DNA from: Rhodospirillaceae bacterium
Lineage (GTDB): Bacteria > Pseudomonadota > Alphaproteobacteria > MPNO01 > VGEU01
DNA length: 64,000 nt
Direction of reading: 5' to 3'
NCBI GenBank assembly: GCA_050249455.1
Contig: JBFWQM010000002.1
Location: 8,888-72,887, forward strand
Shown here: piece by piece, positions 1-9,457 of the stretch
Layout of the letters: every line of letters begins with the position of its first letter
Position numbering within the stretch: the first letter of the stretch is position 1
Notes under the pieces: generated by a model
The model's input: the letters and a program-made list of their open reading frames with translations, nothing else
The model's database searches: none
Told to the model about the DNA's origin: nothing
Program-made: the position numbers and the translations under genes

Positions 1-98
1 CCGCCGGGCTCCTGTTTCGGCGCTTCGTCGGCGGCACGCGCCGGGACCGTCGCGCCGGCGATCAGCGCGGCAGCCAGCCACCTCGCAGGCTTCAGCAT
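1..98 (-). CDS. 5' end of a secreted or periplasmic protein gene (partial, runs off the window start)
   Basis: Minus-strand ATG at about 96-98 preceded by GGAGGA. It translates to MLKPARWLAAALIAGATVPARAADEAPK, which looks like a signal peptide. Only about 32 codons are visible. Confidence 0.35.
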   Translation of the reverse strand, partial: MLKPARWLAAALIAGATVPARAADEAPKQEPG

Positions 99-222
99 GG
101 CGTCCTCCCGGCGGCCCTGCCGGGCGGGTCGCTGGCGCCGGCGGGCCGGTTTTGTTAAGGGTGCATCATAGCACCCGATGATTGCGGCCCTTCCATGACC
201 GTCGCACCATGACTGTCCCGCC

Positions 223-1236
223 ATGCCCATCCTGAGCGTGCTCGACCAGTCGCCGATCCGCCACGGCGCGACCCCGGCGGATGCCCTGCGCGAGACGCTG
301 GCGCTGGCGGAGGCCGCCGATCGGCTGGGCTACCACCGCTACTGGCTGGCCGAGCACCACAACAGCCAGGGCCTGGCCGGCACCGCGCCGGAGATCATGA
401 TCGGCCAGGTGGCGGCCCGGACGCGCAACCTGCGGGTTGGTTCCGGCGGGGTGATGCTCAGCCACTACAGCGCCCTCAAGGTGGCGGAAAGCTTCCGCCT
501 GCTGGAAGCGCTCTACCCCGGGCGGATCGACCTCGGCATCGGCCGCGCGCCCGGCAGCGACGGACTGACCGCGGCGGCGCTGCAGCACGGCCCCGGCGCG
601 CTCGGGATCGAGCAGTTCCCGGCCCAGATCCGCGACGTGATCGGCTACCTCCACGACGACCTGCCGGACGGCCACCCGTTCCGCCAGATCCAGGCCATGC
701 CGCGCATCGAGACCCAGCCGGAGCTGTGGCTGCTCGGCTCCTCAGACCAGAGCGCCGCCTATGCCGCCCATTTCGGCTGCGCGTTCTCGTTCGCCCACTT
801 CATCAACCACCAGGGCGGCGAGCACGTGATGCGCGGCTACCGCCACCATTTCCAGCCGTCGGAGAGTCTCGCGGCGCCGGCCGGCGGCATCGGCGTGTTC
901 TGCGTCTGCGCCGAGACGGAGGCGGAGGCCGACCGGCTGCGCGCCTGCCGCGAGCTGTGGATGCTGCGCCTGGCGCGCGGCGAGCTGCGCGCGTTCCCGA
1001 CCGCGGAGGAGGCGCTGGCGCAGAACTACTCGCCGCGCGAGCGCGCCTTCCTCGACCACCAGGCCGGCCGCACCATCTCCGGGACGCCAGCCCAGGTGCG
1101 CCACCGCCTGCTCGCGTTGGGGCGGGAGTACGAGGTGGACGAGTTCGTGGTCGTCACCATCTGCGCCGACTTCGAGGCGCGGCTGCGCTCCTACGAGCTG
1201 CTGGCCGCGGCCTTCGGATTGACCGCGCGGGGGTAG
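223..1236 (+). CDS. LLM-class (luciferase-like) flavin-dependent oxidoreductase
   Basis: Blocks SVLDQSPI, LGYHRYWLAEHHN, VGSGGVMLSHY and PGRIDLGIGRAPGSD match the luciferase-like monooxygenase family. Full ORF with TAG at 1234-1236. Confidence 0.85.
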   Translation: MPILSVLDQSPIRHGATPADALRETLALAEAADRLGYHRYWLAEHHNSQGLAGTAPEIMIGQVAARTRNLRVGSGGVMLSHYSALKVAESFRLLEALYPGRIDLGIGRAPGSDGLTAAALQHGPGALGIEQFPAQIRDVIGYLHDDLPDGHPFRQIQAMPRIETQPELWLLGSSDQSAAYAAHFGCAFSFAHFINHQGGEHVMRGYRHHFQPSESLAAPAGGIGVFCVCAETEAEADRLRACRELWMLRLARGELRAFPTAEEALAQNYSPRERAFLDHQAGRTISGTPAQVRHRLLALGREYEVDEFVVVTICADFEARLRSYELLAAAFGLTARG

Positions 1237-1261
1237 CAGGAGCCGCCGGGCCCGGGCGCCG

Positions 1262-1831
1262 TCAGTCCAGCGCCACCGGCGTCCGGTCCACCCGCTCGCC
1301 GACCCGCGGCACCAGGAACGGCACCAGCTTCCGCGCCACCGTCCACGAGTCGATGCCGCGCAGGTCGTGGTTGGCCTCGCCCTGCCACAGGCAGCGGCCG
1401 TTGGCCTTGTCGTGGATCATGACCGTCAGGCGCACCGTGTCGTCGCGCGCCGCCGCGCCGCCGCGCCCCGAGGGGCCGGTCCAAAGGGGCACGCGCACGC
1501 GCTCCTGGCCCTCGCGGTAGCTCTCGACGTCCGCCGGGTCGACCGCCTGGCCGCCGCGCAGGCCGGTGCCGTTGTTCACCGAAACCTCGAATCCGGCGCG
1601 CAAACCGGCCACGGGGGCGACCTGATGCCCGGCGCGCGTCAGCGCCTCGCCGATTGCCGCCGCGAGGTCGACGTACTCCGGCGCGTTGTCGGGCAGCACC
1701 AGGTCGATGGGCGCCCCCGCCGGCACGACGCCGCAGTTGATCGCCACGACATAGCCGTCCTCCGCCCCCGCCCGGGCCGCGACGGCGGCCATGACCAATC
1801 CGATCAGCAGTGCGATCGACAAGGCGCGCAT
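1262..1831 (-). CDS. secreted hypothetical protein
   Basis: N-terminus MRALSIALLIGLVMAAVAARAGA is a signal peptide. Composition looks natural. I recognise no catalytic motif. Confidence 0.6.
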   Translation of the reverse strand: MRALSIALLIGLVMAAVAARAGAEDGYVVAINCGVVPAGAPIDLVLPDNAPEYVDLAAAIGEALTRAGHQVAPVAGLRAGFEVSVNNGTGLRGGQAVDPADVESYREGQERVRVPLWTGPSGRGGAAARDDTVRLTVMIHDKANGRCLWQGEANHDLRGIDSWTVARKLVPFLVPRVGERVDRTPVALD

Positions 1832-1957
1832 GTGGCCCCCCGGTTCCCCGCTTGGTGTAGGCGTTTGCGACGCTGCGTGGAAGGGCCTTCGCGACGGCCG
1901 GCCAACCGTTCGTTAACCCTGTCGCAATAGCGTGGCCGGACCTGCGCACCGGGACCG

Positions 1958-3190
1958 ATGATGAGCGAACTCGCGCTCGATTACGAAACCGCCAAGGAGA
2001 TCGCCCGCAACGGCGCGGAAGGCGCGCGGGCGACGCTCGCGGCCGACCCGGCGACCGCGCCGGAGCTGCTCTATTTCCTGTCGCAGGACGCGTCCGCCGC
2101 CGTCCGCCGGGCCGTGGCCGGCAACCCGGCGACGCCGCGCCAGGCGGATTCGATGCTGTCGCGCGATTCCGACCACGGCGTGCGGGTGGCGCTGGCGCGC
2201 AAGGCGGTCGGCGTCGGCCTGTCCGACGGCGAGCGGAAATCGCTGTGGCGCATGACCTTCACACTGCTCGAAACGCTGGCGACCGACGCGGTCGTCCAGG
2301 TCCGTCGCTCGCTCAGCGATGCCCTGCGCAGCCTGGCCGACGCGCCGCGCGCGGTGGTTCTCAAGCTGGCGCGCGACCCGGCGCCCGACGTCGCGGTGCC
2401 GATCCTGCGCAGCTCGCCCGCCCTGACCGACAGCGACCTGATCGAGCTGGTGCAGGAGGCCTCGACCGACTGGGCCCAGGCGGCGATCGCCGACCGCCCG
2501 ACGGTGTCGGCGGCGGTGTGCGACGCGCTGGTGGCCCGCGGCTCGGTGCCAGCGATCGCGACGCTGCTCAACAACCGCAATGCGTCGATCAGCGATATGG
2601 CCCTGGAACGCATCGTCGACCAGGCGCAAGGGGTCGAGGCGTGGCACGCGCCGCTGGCGCATCGCCCGTCGATGCCGCAGCGGCTGCTGGAGCGGATCGG
2701 CCTGCTGGCAGCCATGCCGCGGCGCGGCGCCGCTGCGGCCAAGGCGGCCGTCTACGCCCCGGGCGGCGAAGCCCGGCGTCCGGCCGCGGCCGGGGCCGCC
2801 GACTGGGCCAAGGGCACGCCGGCCGAGCGATCGGCGCGGGGCTGGGAGACGCCCACCGAGCGGGCACGGCGGCTGTTCGCGGCGGGCCAGCTCACCGAGG
2901 AGCTGGTCGCCATGACGCTGGAGAACGGGCGGCGGGAATTCGCCGTCGAATCGCTGGCGCTCAAGGCGGGCCTCGGCCAGGACGCGGTCCGGCGGATCCT
3001 CGATTCGCGCAGCCCGCGGTCGATCACCGCGCTGTGCTGGAAGGCTGGCTTCACGATGCGCTTTGCGATGGAGGTGCAGCGGACCCTGGGCGGGGTGGCG
3101 CCGTCCGAGCTGCTGAACGCCCGCCACGGCATCGACTACCCGCTGACGCCGGAGCAGATGACCAGCCAGCTCGCGATGTTCGCCGGCTGA
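1958..3190 (+). CDS. DUF2336-like repeat protein
   Basis: 410 aa with HEAT-like repeated segments (AVRRAVAGNPATP, GVRVALARK, VQVRRSLSDAL), laid out as in alphaproteobacterial DUF2336 proteins. Confidence 0.65.
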   Translation: MMSELALDYETAKEIARNGAEGARATLAADPATAPELLYFLSQDASAAVRRAVAGNPATPRQADSMLSRDSDHGVRVALARKAVGVGLSDGERKSLWRMTFTLLETLATDAVVQVRRSLSDALRSLADAPRAVVLKLARDPAPDVAVPILRSSPALTDSDLIELVQEASTDWAQAAIADRPTVSAAVCDALVARGSVPAIATLLNNRNASISDMALERIVDQAQGVEAWHAPLAHRPSMPQRLLERIGLLAAMPRRGAAAAKAAVYAPGGEARRPAAAGAADWAKGTPAERSARGWETPTERARRLFAAGQLTEELVAMTLENGRREFAVESLALKAGLGQDAVRRILDSRSPRSITALCWKAGFTMRFAMEVQRTLGGVAPSELLNARHGIDYPLTPEQMTSQLAMFAG

Positions 3191-3197
3191 CGCCGCG

Positions 3198-3950
3198 CTA
3201 GCGCAGCGGGTGCGCCGTCGTCAGGGCGTCGATTTCCTCGGCCGGCATCGCCCAGGCCAGCATCTCGCTGCGCATCCGCACGCGCTGGACGCTGACCTCG
3301 TGAAGCGCCGTCCTCATCCGGGCGAGGTCGTCCGGCGCTGCTGCTGCTGCGGCGGCGTCCCTGGCGGCGCGGGTGTAGTGGTCCTTCTCGTCGACGTAGA
3401 TGACCTTCATCGCCGCCGCCAGCAGCTCCTCGAACGCGCCGCCGGAAAGGCGCGACATCTCGCGGAAGGTGCTCGAGCCGCCGCCCTCGGTCAGGCCCAT
3501 CACCGCTTTCAGGCAGGGGTCGCCCGACTCGACGTAGCGCCTGCGCATCGCATTGAGGATCTTGTCCTCCGGCAGCTGCTGCGGATCGTCGGGCGTCAGG
3601 TCGCGGCCGAGCAGGTACTCCAGCACCTCGGCGAGCACGAGGTAGTGGTTGAACTCGTCGGTCATCATGTGCATGCGGGCGTAGATCTCGCGCCGGTCGA
3701 TGCCGCGGTCGAGCTGCGGGAACATCGCGCACACCTCGGCGAACTCCATGTGCAGCGCGTTGGCGTAGCCCTCGGTCGAGCCGTAGCCGATCGAGGGGTT
3801 GAGCTCCTTGTAGATCGCCGCGCGCAGGTAGCGCACCCAGTCCTCGCGCGTCGGCCTGCCGGCGCAGAAACGGCGCGCCACCTCGGCCTCGGCATCCCAG
3901 AACGGCCGGGCGACGGCGATCAGCTCCTCGACGGTCCGGTCGGTATCCAT
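3198..3950 (-). CDS. uncharacterised ferritin-like (putative di-iron carboxylate) protein
   Basis: Start taken at the internal ATG (MDTDRTVEEL), which follows a GGAG. Two ExxH motifs (TDEFNHY, VDEKDHY) plus candidate partner glutamates (HMEFAE, LTEGGG) fit a four-helix-bundle di-iron site. Confidence 0.55.
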   Translation of the reverse strand: MDTDRTVEELIAVARPFWDAEAEVARRFCAGRPTREDWVRYLRAAIYKELNPSIGYGSTEGYANALHMEFAEVCAMFPQLDRGIDRREIYARMHMMTDEFNHYLVLAEVLEYLLGRDLTPDDPQQLPEDKILNAMRRRYVESGDPCLKAVMGLTEGGGSSTFREMSRLSGGAFEELLAAAMKVIYVDEKDHYTRAARDAAAAAAAPDDLARMRTALHEVSVQRVRMRSEMLAWAMPAEEIDALTTAHPLR

Positions 3951-4074
3951 CCGCGACTCCGCTCTCCGCTTAAAGCGGCGCGATTGTCGGGCCGGCGGCG
4001 TCCGGATGCAAGCGGCCACCGGCTGCGGCATAGCGCCCGTGACCCCCTTTCGGCGGCCACGGGCGCGGCGATGG

Positions 4075-5100
4075 CTATTCGATCGCCTTCTTGAACTTGG
4101 CGACCATCTCGGCCGGGGTCTTTGCGGCCTTGACGACGATCTTCTGGACCTCCTCCCCGCTCATCGGGTCGAGGTCCATCTTGCGCTTCTCGGCCTCGGC
4201 GATGAAATCGCGGTCCTTCATGGTGTCGGCGAAGGCCTTGCGCAGGGCGGCGGCGCGGTCGGCCGGCACGCCGGGCGGCAGGATGAAGACGCGCCCGACG
4301 GCGGTGGTGGAGGCCATCAGCTCGAGCAGGTCGCGGGCTTCTTCCGTCTTGGCGAGGTCCTTGACCACCGGGATGTGCTTGGCGTCGGGCGCCGGGGTCA
4401 GCGACACCATGGCGACCGGGATCAGCTCCTTCTTCTCCAGCTTCTGGGTCATCACCGACTTCACGCTGGCCCAGCTGTTGGCCATGCCGTGGACCTCCCC
4501 GCGCTCCATCGCGAGGTTGACCTCCTTCGAGCCCGTGTAGCCCAGGACGACCCGGTACTTCATGCCGAGCAGGTTCTTCATCAGGGTCGGATTCATGTAG
4601 TCCTGGCTCGCCTTGCCGGTGCCGCCGAACAGGACCTCCTTGGTCTCCATCTCCTTCAGCGTGGTCGCCGGCGCGGTGTGCCAGACCATGATGGCGCTGT
4701 TCATGTTGTCGATGCGGCCCAGGTGATAGGCCTCCGCCGCGTCGTACTTGATGCCGCCTTCCTGCAGCGCCTGTCCCAGCGCGTAGGAATTCGACGGCAT
4801 GCCGACATACGAGCCGTCCTTCGGCGCGACGTTGAACAGGTAGTTGGCGGCCTTCACCCCGCCGGCGCCGGGCATGAACTGGACGATGACGTTGGGGTGG
4901 CCCGGGATGTGCTTGCCCCAGAACTGGGCGAGCGTGCGCGCGTAGATCGAGTAGCCGCCGCCTTCCCCGAAGGCGACCACGACGGTGATGTCCTTGTCCT
5001 TGTAGAAATCGGAGACGGCGTCGGCGCGGGCCGCCGGCGCGGCGCAGAGCGTTGCGATCGCGGCCGCCGCGACGGTGCCGGCAAAAAGACGGTTCAGCAT
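4075..5100 (-). CDS. Bug/TctC-type tripartite tricarboxylate transporter substrate-binding protein (orphan)
   Basis: Signal peptide ending in ARADA. Blocks GEGGGYSIYART, PGHPNVIVQFMPGAGGVKAANYL and APKDGSYVG are as in Bug-family receptors. No TctA or TctB gene is in the window. Confidence 0.7.
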   Translation of the reverse strand: MLNRLFAGTVAAAAIATLCAAPAARADAVSDFYKDKDITVVVAFGEGGGYSIYARTLAQFWGKHIPGHPNVIVQFMPGAGGVKAANYLFNVAPKDGSYVGMPSNSYALGQALQEGGIKYDAAEAYHLGRIDNMNSAIMVWHTAPATTLKEMETKEVLFGGTGKASQDYMNPTLMKNLLGMKYRVVLGYTGSKEVNLAMERGEVHGMANSWASVKSVMTQKLEKKELIPVAMVSLTPAPDAKHIPVVKDLAKTEEARDLLELMASTTAVGRVFILPPGVPADRAAALRKAFADTMKDRDFIAEAEKRKMDLDPMSGEEVQKIVVKAAKTPAEMVAKFKKAIE

Positions 5101-5216
5101 AATTCACTCTCCCAGACTTATCCCTTGAACCCCTTCTAGCAGAACTTGGGCGAGTTGACATCCTGCGGCGGCGGCGCGGATCATGCCCGCCCGTTCCGCT
5201 GAGTGCAGGTAATCCC

Positions 5217-6869
5217 ATGGCCACCACCGCCCGACGCGTCGCCCCGATCCCGCCGCCGCGCGGGTACCGCGACCTGCGCGAGCACCTGGACGCGCTGAAG
5301 GAGGCGGGGCTGCTGCGCACCATCGACGCGCCGGTGAACAAGGACACCGAGCTGCACCCGTTGGTGCGCTGGCAGTTCCGCGGCGGCATCGCGGAAGCCG
5401 AGCGGACGGCGTTCCTGTTCACCCACGTGGTCGACGGCAAGGGGCGGCGCTACGACATGCCCGTGGTGGTCGGCGCGCTGGCCACCAACCCGGCGATCTA
5501 CGGCATCGGCATGCGGGCCGAAGTGGCCGACATCGGGGCGACGTGGACGCGTGCGATCGCCAGCCCGATTCCGCCGGTCGTGGTCGAGGATGCGGCCTGC
5601 CAGCAGGTGGTGTGGACCGGCGCCGACCTCGACGGCGAGGGCAGGGGGCTGGACGCGCTGCCGGTGCCGGTGTCGACCCCCGGCTTCGATGCGGCGCCGT
5701 TCCTGACCGCGACCTGCTGCATCAGTAGAGACCCTGATACCGGGGTCCAGAACATGGGCACCTATCGCTGCCAGATCAAAGGCTCGCGCAAGCTGGGGCT
5801 CAAGATGTTCCTGAACATCCGCGCCGGCGGCTACGAGCACTGGAGGAAGTACAAGGCCAAGGGCGAGCCGATGCCGATGGCGATCGTGGTCGGCTGCCCG
5901 CCGCCGGTCGCCTATCTTGGCCCGCAGAAGCTGCCGCACGGGATCGACGAGATCACCGTGGCCGGCGGCATCGCCGGCGAGCCGATCCACGTCGTGCGCG
6001 CCAAGACCGTGGACCTGAACGTCCCCGCGGAATCGGAGATCGTGATCGAGGGCCTGGTCGACACCGCGATCCTCGAGCCGGAAGGTCCGTTCGGCGAATC
6101 GCATGGCCACGTCAACCTGGAGGAATACAACTTCGTGGTCGACGTCACCGCGATCACGATGAAGAGCGACGCGGTGCTGTGCTCCATAATCTCGCAGGTG
6201 ACGCCGAGCGAATCCTCGGTCATCAAGCGGGTCGCCTACGAGCCGCGCTTCCTCGCCCACCTGCGCGACCACTTGGGCGTCAAGGGCGTGACGCGGGTCG
6301 CGATGCACGAGCCGCTGACCAATCTGCGCAAGCTGATGATCGTGCAGTTCGAGGCCGGGGTGCCGCGGACCGAGGTGTGGCGCGCGCTCTACGGCGCGGC
6401 GAGCTACGACCCGATCTGCGGCAAGTACGTGATCGCGGTGAACCAGGACATCGACCCCGACAACGCCGACGCGGTGTTCTGGGCGATGGCCTACCGTGCC
6501 GACCCGGGGCGCGACAGCCAGCTCCTGCACCACCGCCCGCCCGGCCACGGGCCGAAGCACGGCAACGACGAGGAGTCCGCGCTCCTGATCGACGCCACGT
6601 TGAAGGCGGCGTCGGCGCCGGTGGCGCTGCCGACGCGGCCCTACATGGAGAACGCGCGCGCGCTGTGGGAGAAGCTCGGCCTGCCGGCGCTGCGCCCGGA
6701 ATCGCCGTGGCACGGCTACCAGCTCGGCGACTGGTCGGAGAAGTGGGACCAGGACGCCGCCCGCGCCGCCGCCGGCGACTATCAGGAAAACGCCCGCCGC
6801 GCCGCACAGGACCGCCGCGGCGACGTGGCGCCCAACACCTATATCAGCGCGGCGCCGAAGCGGACCTGA
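5217..6869 (+). CDS. UbiD-family (prFMN-dependent) decarboxylase, paralogue 1
   Basis: N-terminal block YRDLREHLDALKEAGLLRTIDAPVNKDTELHPLVRWQF, the GVQNMGTYR block and the EGPFGESHGH block are typical of the UbiD fold. There is a C-terminal extension of about 60 aa. Confidence 0.85.
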   Translation: MATTARRVAPIPPPRGYRDLREHLDALKEAGLLRTIDAPVNKDTELHPLVRWQFRGGIAEAERTAFLFTHVVDGKGRRYDMPVVVGALATNPAIYGIGMRAEVADIGATWTRAIASPIPPVVVEDAACQQVVWTGADLDGEGRGLDALPVPVSTPGFDAAPFLTATCCISRDPDTGVQNMGTYRCQIKGSRKLGLKMFLNIRAGGYEHWRKYKAKGEPMPMAIVVGCPPPVAYLGPQKLPHGIDEITVAGGIAGEPIHVVRAKTVDLNVPAESEIVIEGLVDTAILEPEGPFGESHGHVNLEEYNFVVDVTAITMKSDAVLCSIISQVTPSESSVIKRVAYEPRFLAHLRDHLGVKGVTRVAMHEPLTNLRKLMIVQFEAGVPRTEVWRALYGAASYDPICGKYVIAVNQDIDPDNADAVFWAMAYRADPGRDSQLLHHRPPGHGPKHGNDEESALLIDATLKAASAPVALPTRPYMENARALWEKLGLPALRPESPWHGYQLGDWSEKWDQDAARAAAGDYQENARRAAQDRRGDVAPNTYISAAPKRT

Positions 6870-6874
6870 GTTTT

Positions 6875-6903
6875 TGTATACATAAATCGTAGTTTGTATA
6901 TCA
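6875..6903. promoter_or_regulatory. GntR-type operator candidates upstream of the GntR gene
   Basis: In an AT-rich island: the perfect palindrome TGTATACA (6875-6882) and TTGTATATCA (6894-6903). Confidence 0.5.
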
Positions 6904-6935
6904 TTGGGGCGGGGACAACCGCTCGGGTGGCCGCG

Positions 6936-7628
6936 ATGGCGCCGCAGGATGCGGCCGAGACGCTGGCGGACGAGATCTTCCGCCGGCTGGCCGACGAGAT
7001 CGTGACCGGGGCGCTGGCGCCCGGCGCCAAGCTGGACGAGCAGGCGGTGGCGCAGCGCTACGGGGCGTCGCGAACGCCGGTGCGCGAGGCGCTGCGCCGG
7101 CTCGGCGGCGCCGGGCTGATCGAGCTGCGGCCGCGCCGCGGCGCGGCGGTGGCGCATATCGCGGTGGAGCAGCTCACCGACATGTTCGACGCGATGGGCG
7201 AGCTCGAGGGGCTGTGCGCCCGCCTCGCCGCGCAGCGCATGACCATGATGGAGCGGCGCCGGTTGGAGATGCTCGGCGAGCGCGCCAAGGCGGCGCTGCA
7301 GGCGGAGAGGCCGCCGGACTACGCGCGCCTCAACGACGAGTTCCACGACCTGATCTACCAGGGCGCGCACAACGCGACGATCGCCGCGCTGGCCATCGGG
7401 CTGCGCCAGCGCCTTGCCCCGTTCCGGGTGCTGCAGTTCGTGCGCGGCCACACCGAGGACTATTTCGTCGAGCACGAGGAGATCGCCGCCGCCATCGCGG
7501 CCGCCGACGGCGAGCGCGCCTATCGCGCCATGCGCAGCCACATGGCGAGCGCCAGCGTGCTGGTGATCGAGCATTTCGCCGGCGAGGCGGCGCCGGGTCC
7601 GGCCGCGCGGCGGGCCGGCGCGACTTGA
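6936..7628 (+). CDS. GntR-family transcriptional regulator (FadR/FCD subfamily)
   Basis: Winged-HTH block LDEQAVAQRYGASRTPVREALRRLGGAGLIELRPRRGAAV followed by an all-helical FCD-like domain. The ATG at 6936 is preferred over the TTG at 6894, which lies inside an operator-like site. Confidence 0.85.
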   Translation: MAPQDAAETLADEIFRRLADEIVTGALAPGAKLDEQAVAQRYGASRTPVREALRRLGGAGLIELRPRRGAAVAHIAVEQLTDMFDAMGELEGLCARLAAQRMTMMERRRLEMLGERAKAALQAERPPDYARLNDEFHDLIYQGAHNATIAALAIGLRQRLAPFRVLQFVRGHTEDYFVEHEEIAAAIAAADGERAYRAMRSHMASASVLVIEHFAGEAAPGPAARRAGAT

Positions 7629-7659
7629 CTTTGTATACACGATCTCCCAAACGTATACG
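7625..7659 (+). promoter_or_regulatory. promoter and operator candidate upstream of the Rieske oxygenase operon
   Basis: The sequence is TTGACT-TTGTATACA-N12-CGTATACG. TTGTAT-N17-TATACG has sigma70-like spacing, and both hexamers overlap GTATAC palindromes. Confidence 0.45.
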
Positions 7660-7683
7660 CCTGAGCAGGACGGAGCCCGCCCG

Positions 7684-8943
7684 ATGACCCAGCCCGCCAC
7701 AGTCTGGCCCGCCGACGACTTCTCGCGCGTACCCTATGGCCTCTACCACGACGCCGACGTCTACCGGCAGGAGCACGACCGCATCTTCCGCGGGCCGACG
7801 TGGTGCGTGCTGGCGCTGGAGGCGGAGCTGCCGAAGCCGGGCGACTTTCTGGTCAGCCACGTCGGCGACATCCCGGTGGTGGTCAACCGCACCGCCGCCG
7901 GCGCCATCGCCGCCTTCGTCAACCGCTGCGCCCACCGCGGGGCGGAGATCGTGCGCGTGCCGCGCGGCAACGCCCCGGACCACACCTGCATCTACCACGC
8001 GTGGTGCTACAGCCAGACCGGCGAGCTGCTCGGCGTGCCGTTCCAGCGCGGCGCCAACGGCAAGGGCGGCATGCCGGCCGGCTTCGACCGCAAGAAGCAC
8101 GGCCTCACGACATTGCGCATCTCGGTGTGGAAGGGGATCGTCTTCGGCAGCTTCAGCCCGGACGCCGAGCCGATCGAGGGCTACCTGGGACCGCTATTGG
8201 TCGACCACCTGGGCGAGCTGTTCGACAAACCGGTGCGCATCATCGGCTACCAGCGCCAGCGGGTGGCCGCCAACTGGAAGCTCTACCTGGAGAACGTGCG
8301 CGACGGTTACCACGGCAGCCTGCTGCACGAATTCAACCGCACCTTCGGGCTCAGCCGGCTGACCCAGGTGGCGCACAGCTACATGGACGCCGAGCATCGC
8401 CACAGCGTGCTGTTCCAGTTCGCCGGCTCCGACGACACCGGCGCTGCGCGCGGCGCCTACGCGCAGGAACGGGTGCATCAGGGCAACTACCTGACCCTGG
8501 AGGACAACGACATCGTCACCTTCGTGCCGGAAAACCCGCGCGGCATCACCACGCGGATCATCTCGGTGTTCCCGTCGGCGGTGTTCAACCAGATCTCGAA
8601 CTGCCTCGCGATGCGCCGCGTGCGCCCGATCGGTCCGGGCGAGTTCGAGGTGGTGTTCACCCTGTTCGGCTACGAAGACGACGACGAGACGATGACGGCG
8701 CACCGGGTCAACCAGTGCAACATGGTCGGCCCGTCCGGCCTGATCTCGATGGAGGACGGCGAGGCGCTGGAGCTGATCCAGCGCTCCACCGCGCCCGACC
8801 AGGACAACGCCGGCGTGGTGGAGATGGGCGGCACCGGACCGATCGTCGATCTCGACACGCGGGTGTGCGAGAACACGATCCGCGGCTTCTGGGCCTATTA
8901 TAGCCGGCTGATGGGCAACGCCCCGGCAGGAGCGCAGCGATGA
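7684..8943 (+). CDS. Rieske aromatic-ring-hydroxylating oxygenase, alpha subunit
   Basis: Rieske motif CAHRG...CIYHAW (CxH-N17-CxxH) followed by a catalytic domain. The stop overlaps the start of the next gene (ATGA at 8940-8943). Confidence 0.9.
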   Translation: MTQPATVWPADDFSRVPYGLYHDADVYRQEHDRIFRGPTWCVLALEAELPKPGDFLVSHVGDIPVVVNRTAAGAIAAFVNRCAHRGAEIVRVPRGNAPDHTCIYHAWCYSQTGELLGVPFQRGANGKGGMPAGFDRKKHGLTTLRISVWKGIVFGSFSPDAEPIEGYLGPLLVDHLGELFDKPVRIIGYQRQRVAANWKLYLENVRDGYHGSLLHEFNRTFGLSRLTQVAHSYMDAEHRHSVLFQFAGSDDTGAARGAYAQERVHQGNYLTLEDNDIVTFVPENPRGITTRIISVFPSAVFNQISNCLAMRRVRPIGPGEFEVVFTLFGYEDDDETMTAHRVNQCNMVGPSGLISMEDGEALELIQRSTAPDQDNAGVVEMGGTGPIVDLDTRVCENTIRGFWAYYSRLMGNAPAGAQR

Positions 8944-9416
8944 CCGTGACGCCGGAAGTCCGCGCGCTGGCGGAAGACCTGGTGCTGAAGAGCGCCTACC
9001 TGATCGACAACGACGAGCTGGAGGCGTGGCTCGACTGCTTCGACGACGACGGCAGCTACATCGTGATGCCGCGCGACAACCGCGACCTCGGCCTGCCGGT
9101 GGCGCTGATCCACTGCGCGACCAAGGCGCGGCTGCGCGACCGCATCGTCTGCCTGCGCCAGGCCAGCAAGGTCAACCCGCACGTCGACCGCCACATCGTC
9201 AGCCGGTCGCTGGTCACCGGCTGCGACGACGGCGTCGCCACCGTGCAGTCGAGCTTCATGGTGGTGCAGACCAGCCTGTCGGGGCTGTCGAAGCTGTTCT
9301 GCGCCGGGGTCTACGAAGACCGCATCCGCATCGCGAACGGCGCCGCCCGCTTCGCCGCGCGCACGGCGGTGGTCGACACGTTCTCGATCCCGACCATGCT
9401 CGGCACGCCGATCTGA
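8940..9416 (+). CDS. ring-hydroxylating oxygenase beta subunit (SnoaL-like fold)
   Basis: 158 aa. The block LIDNDELEAWLDCFDDDGSYIVMPRDN and the translational coupling to the alpha subunit support the call. Confidence 0.8.
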   Translation: MTVTPEVRALAEDLVLKSAYLIDNDELEAWLDCFDDDGSYIVMPRDNRDLGLPVALIHCATKARLRDRIVCLRQASKVNPHVDRHIVSRSLVTGCDDGVATVQSSFMVVQTSLSGLSKLFCAGVYEDRIRIANGAARFAARTAVVDTFSIPTMLGTPI

Positions 9417-9457
9417 CCGGCGGGCGCCGCCGGCCATCCCGCAACAGGAGGAAACCA

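Noticed and set aside
5181-7700. 839-aa minus-strand ORF antisense to UbiD1 and the GntR gene. Similar long antisense or alternative-frame ORFs occur at 19212-21737, 22045-24849, 43524-46100, 43189-46410 and 33192-34703.
   Set aside because: The composition is extremely Arg/Ala/Gly/Pro/His-rich and I see no recognisable motifs. Each lies opposite or out of frame to a gene with clear family signatures. Stop-codon depletion in very GC-rich DNA explains them.
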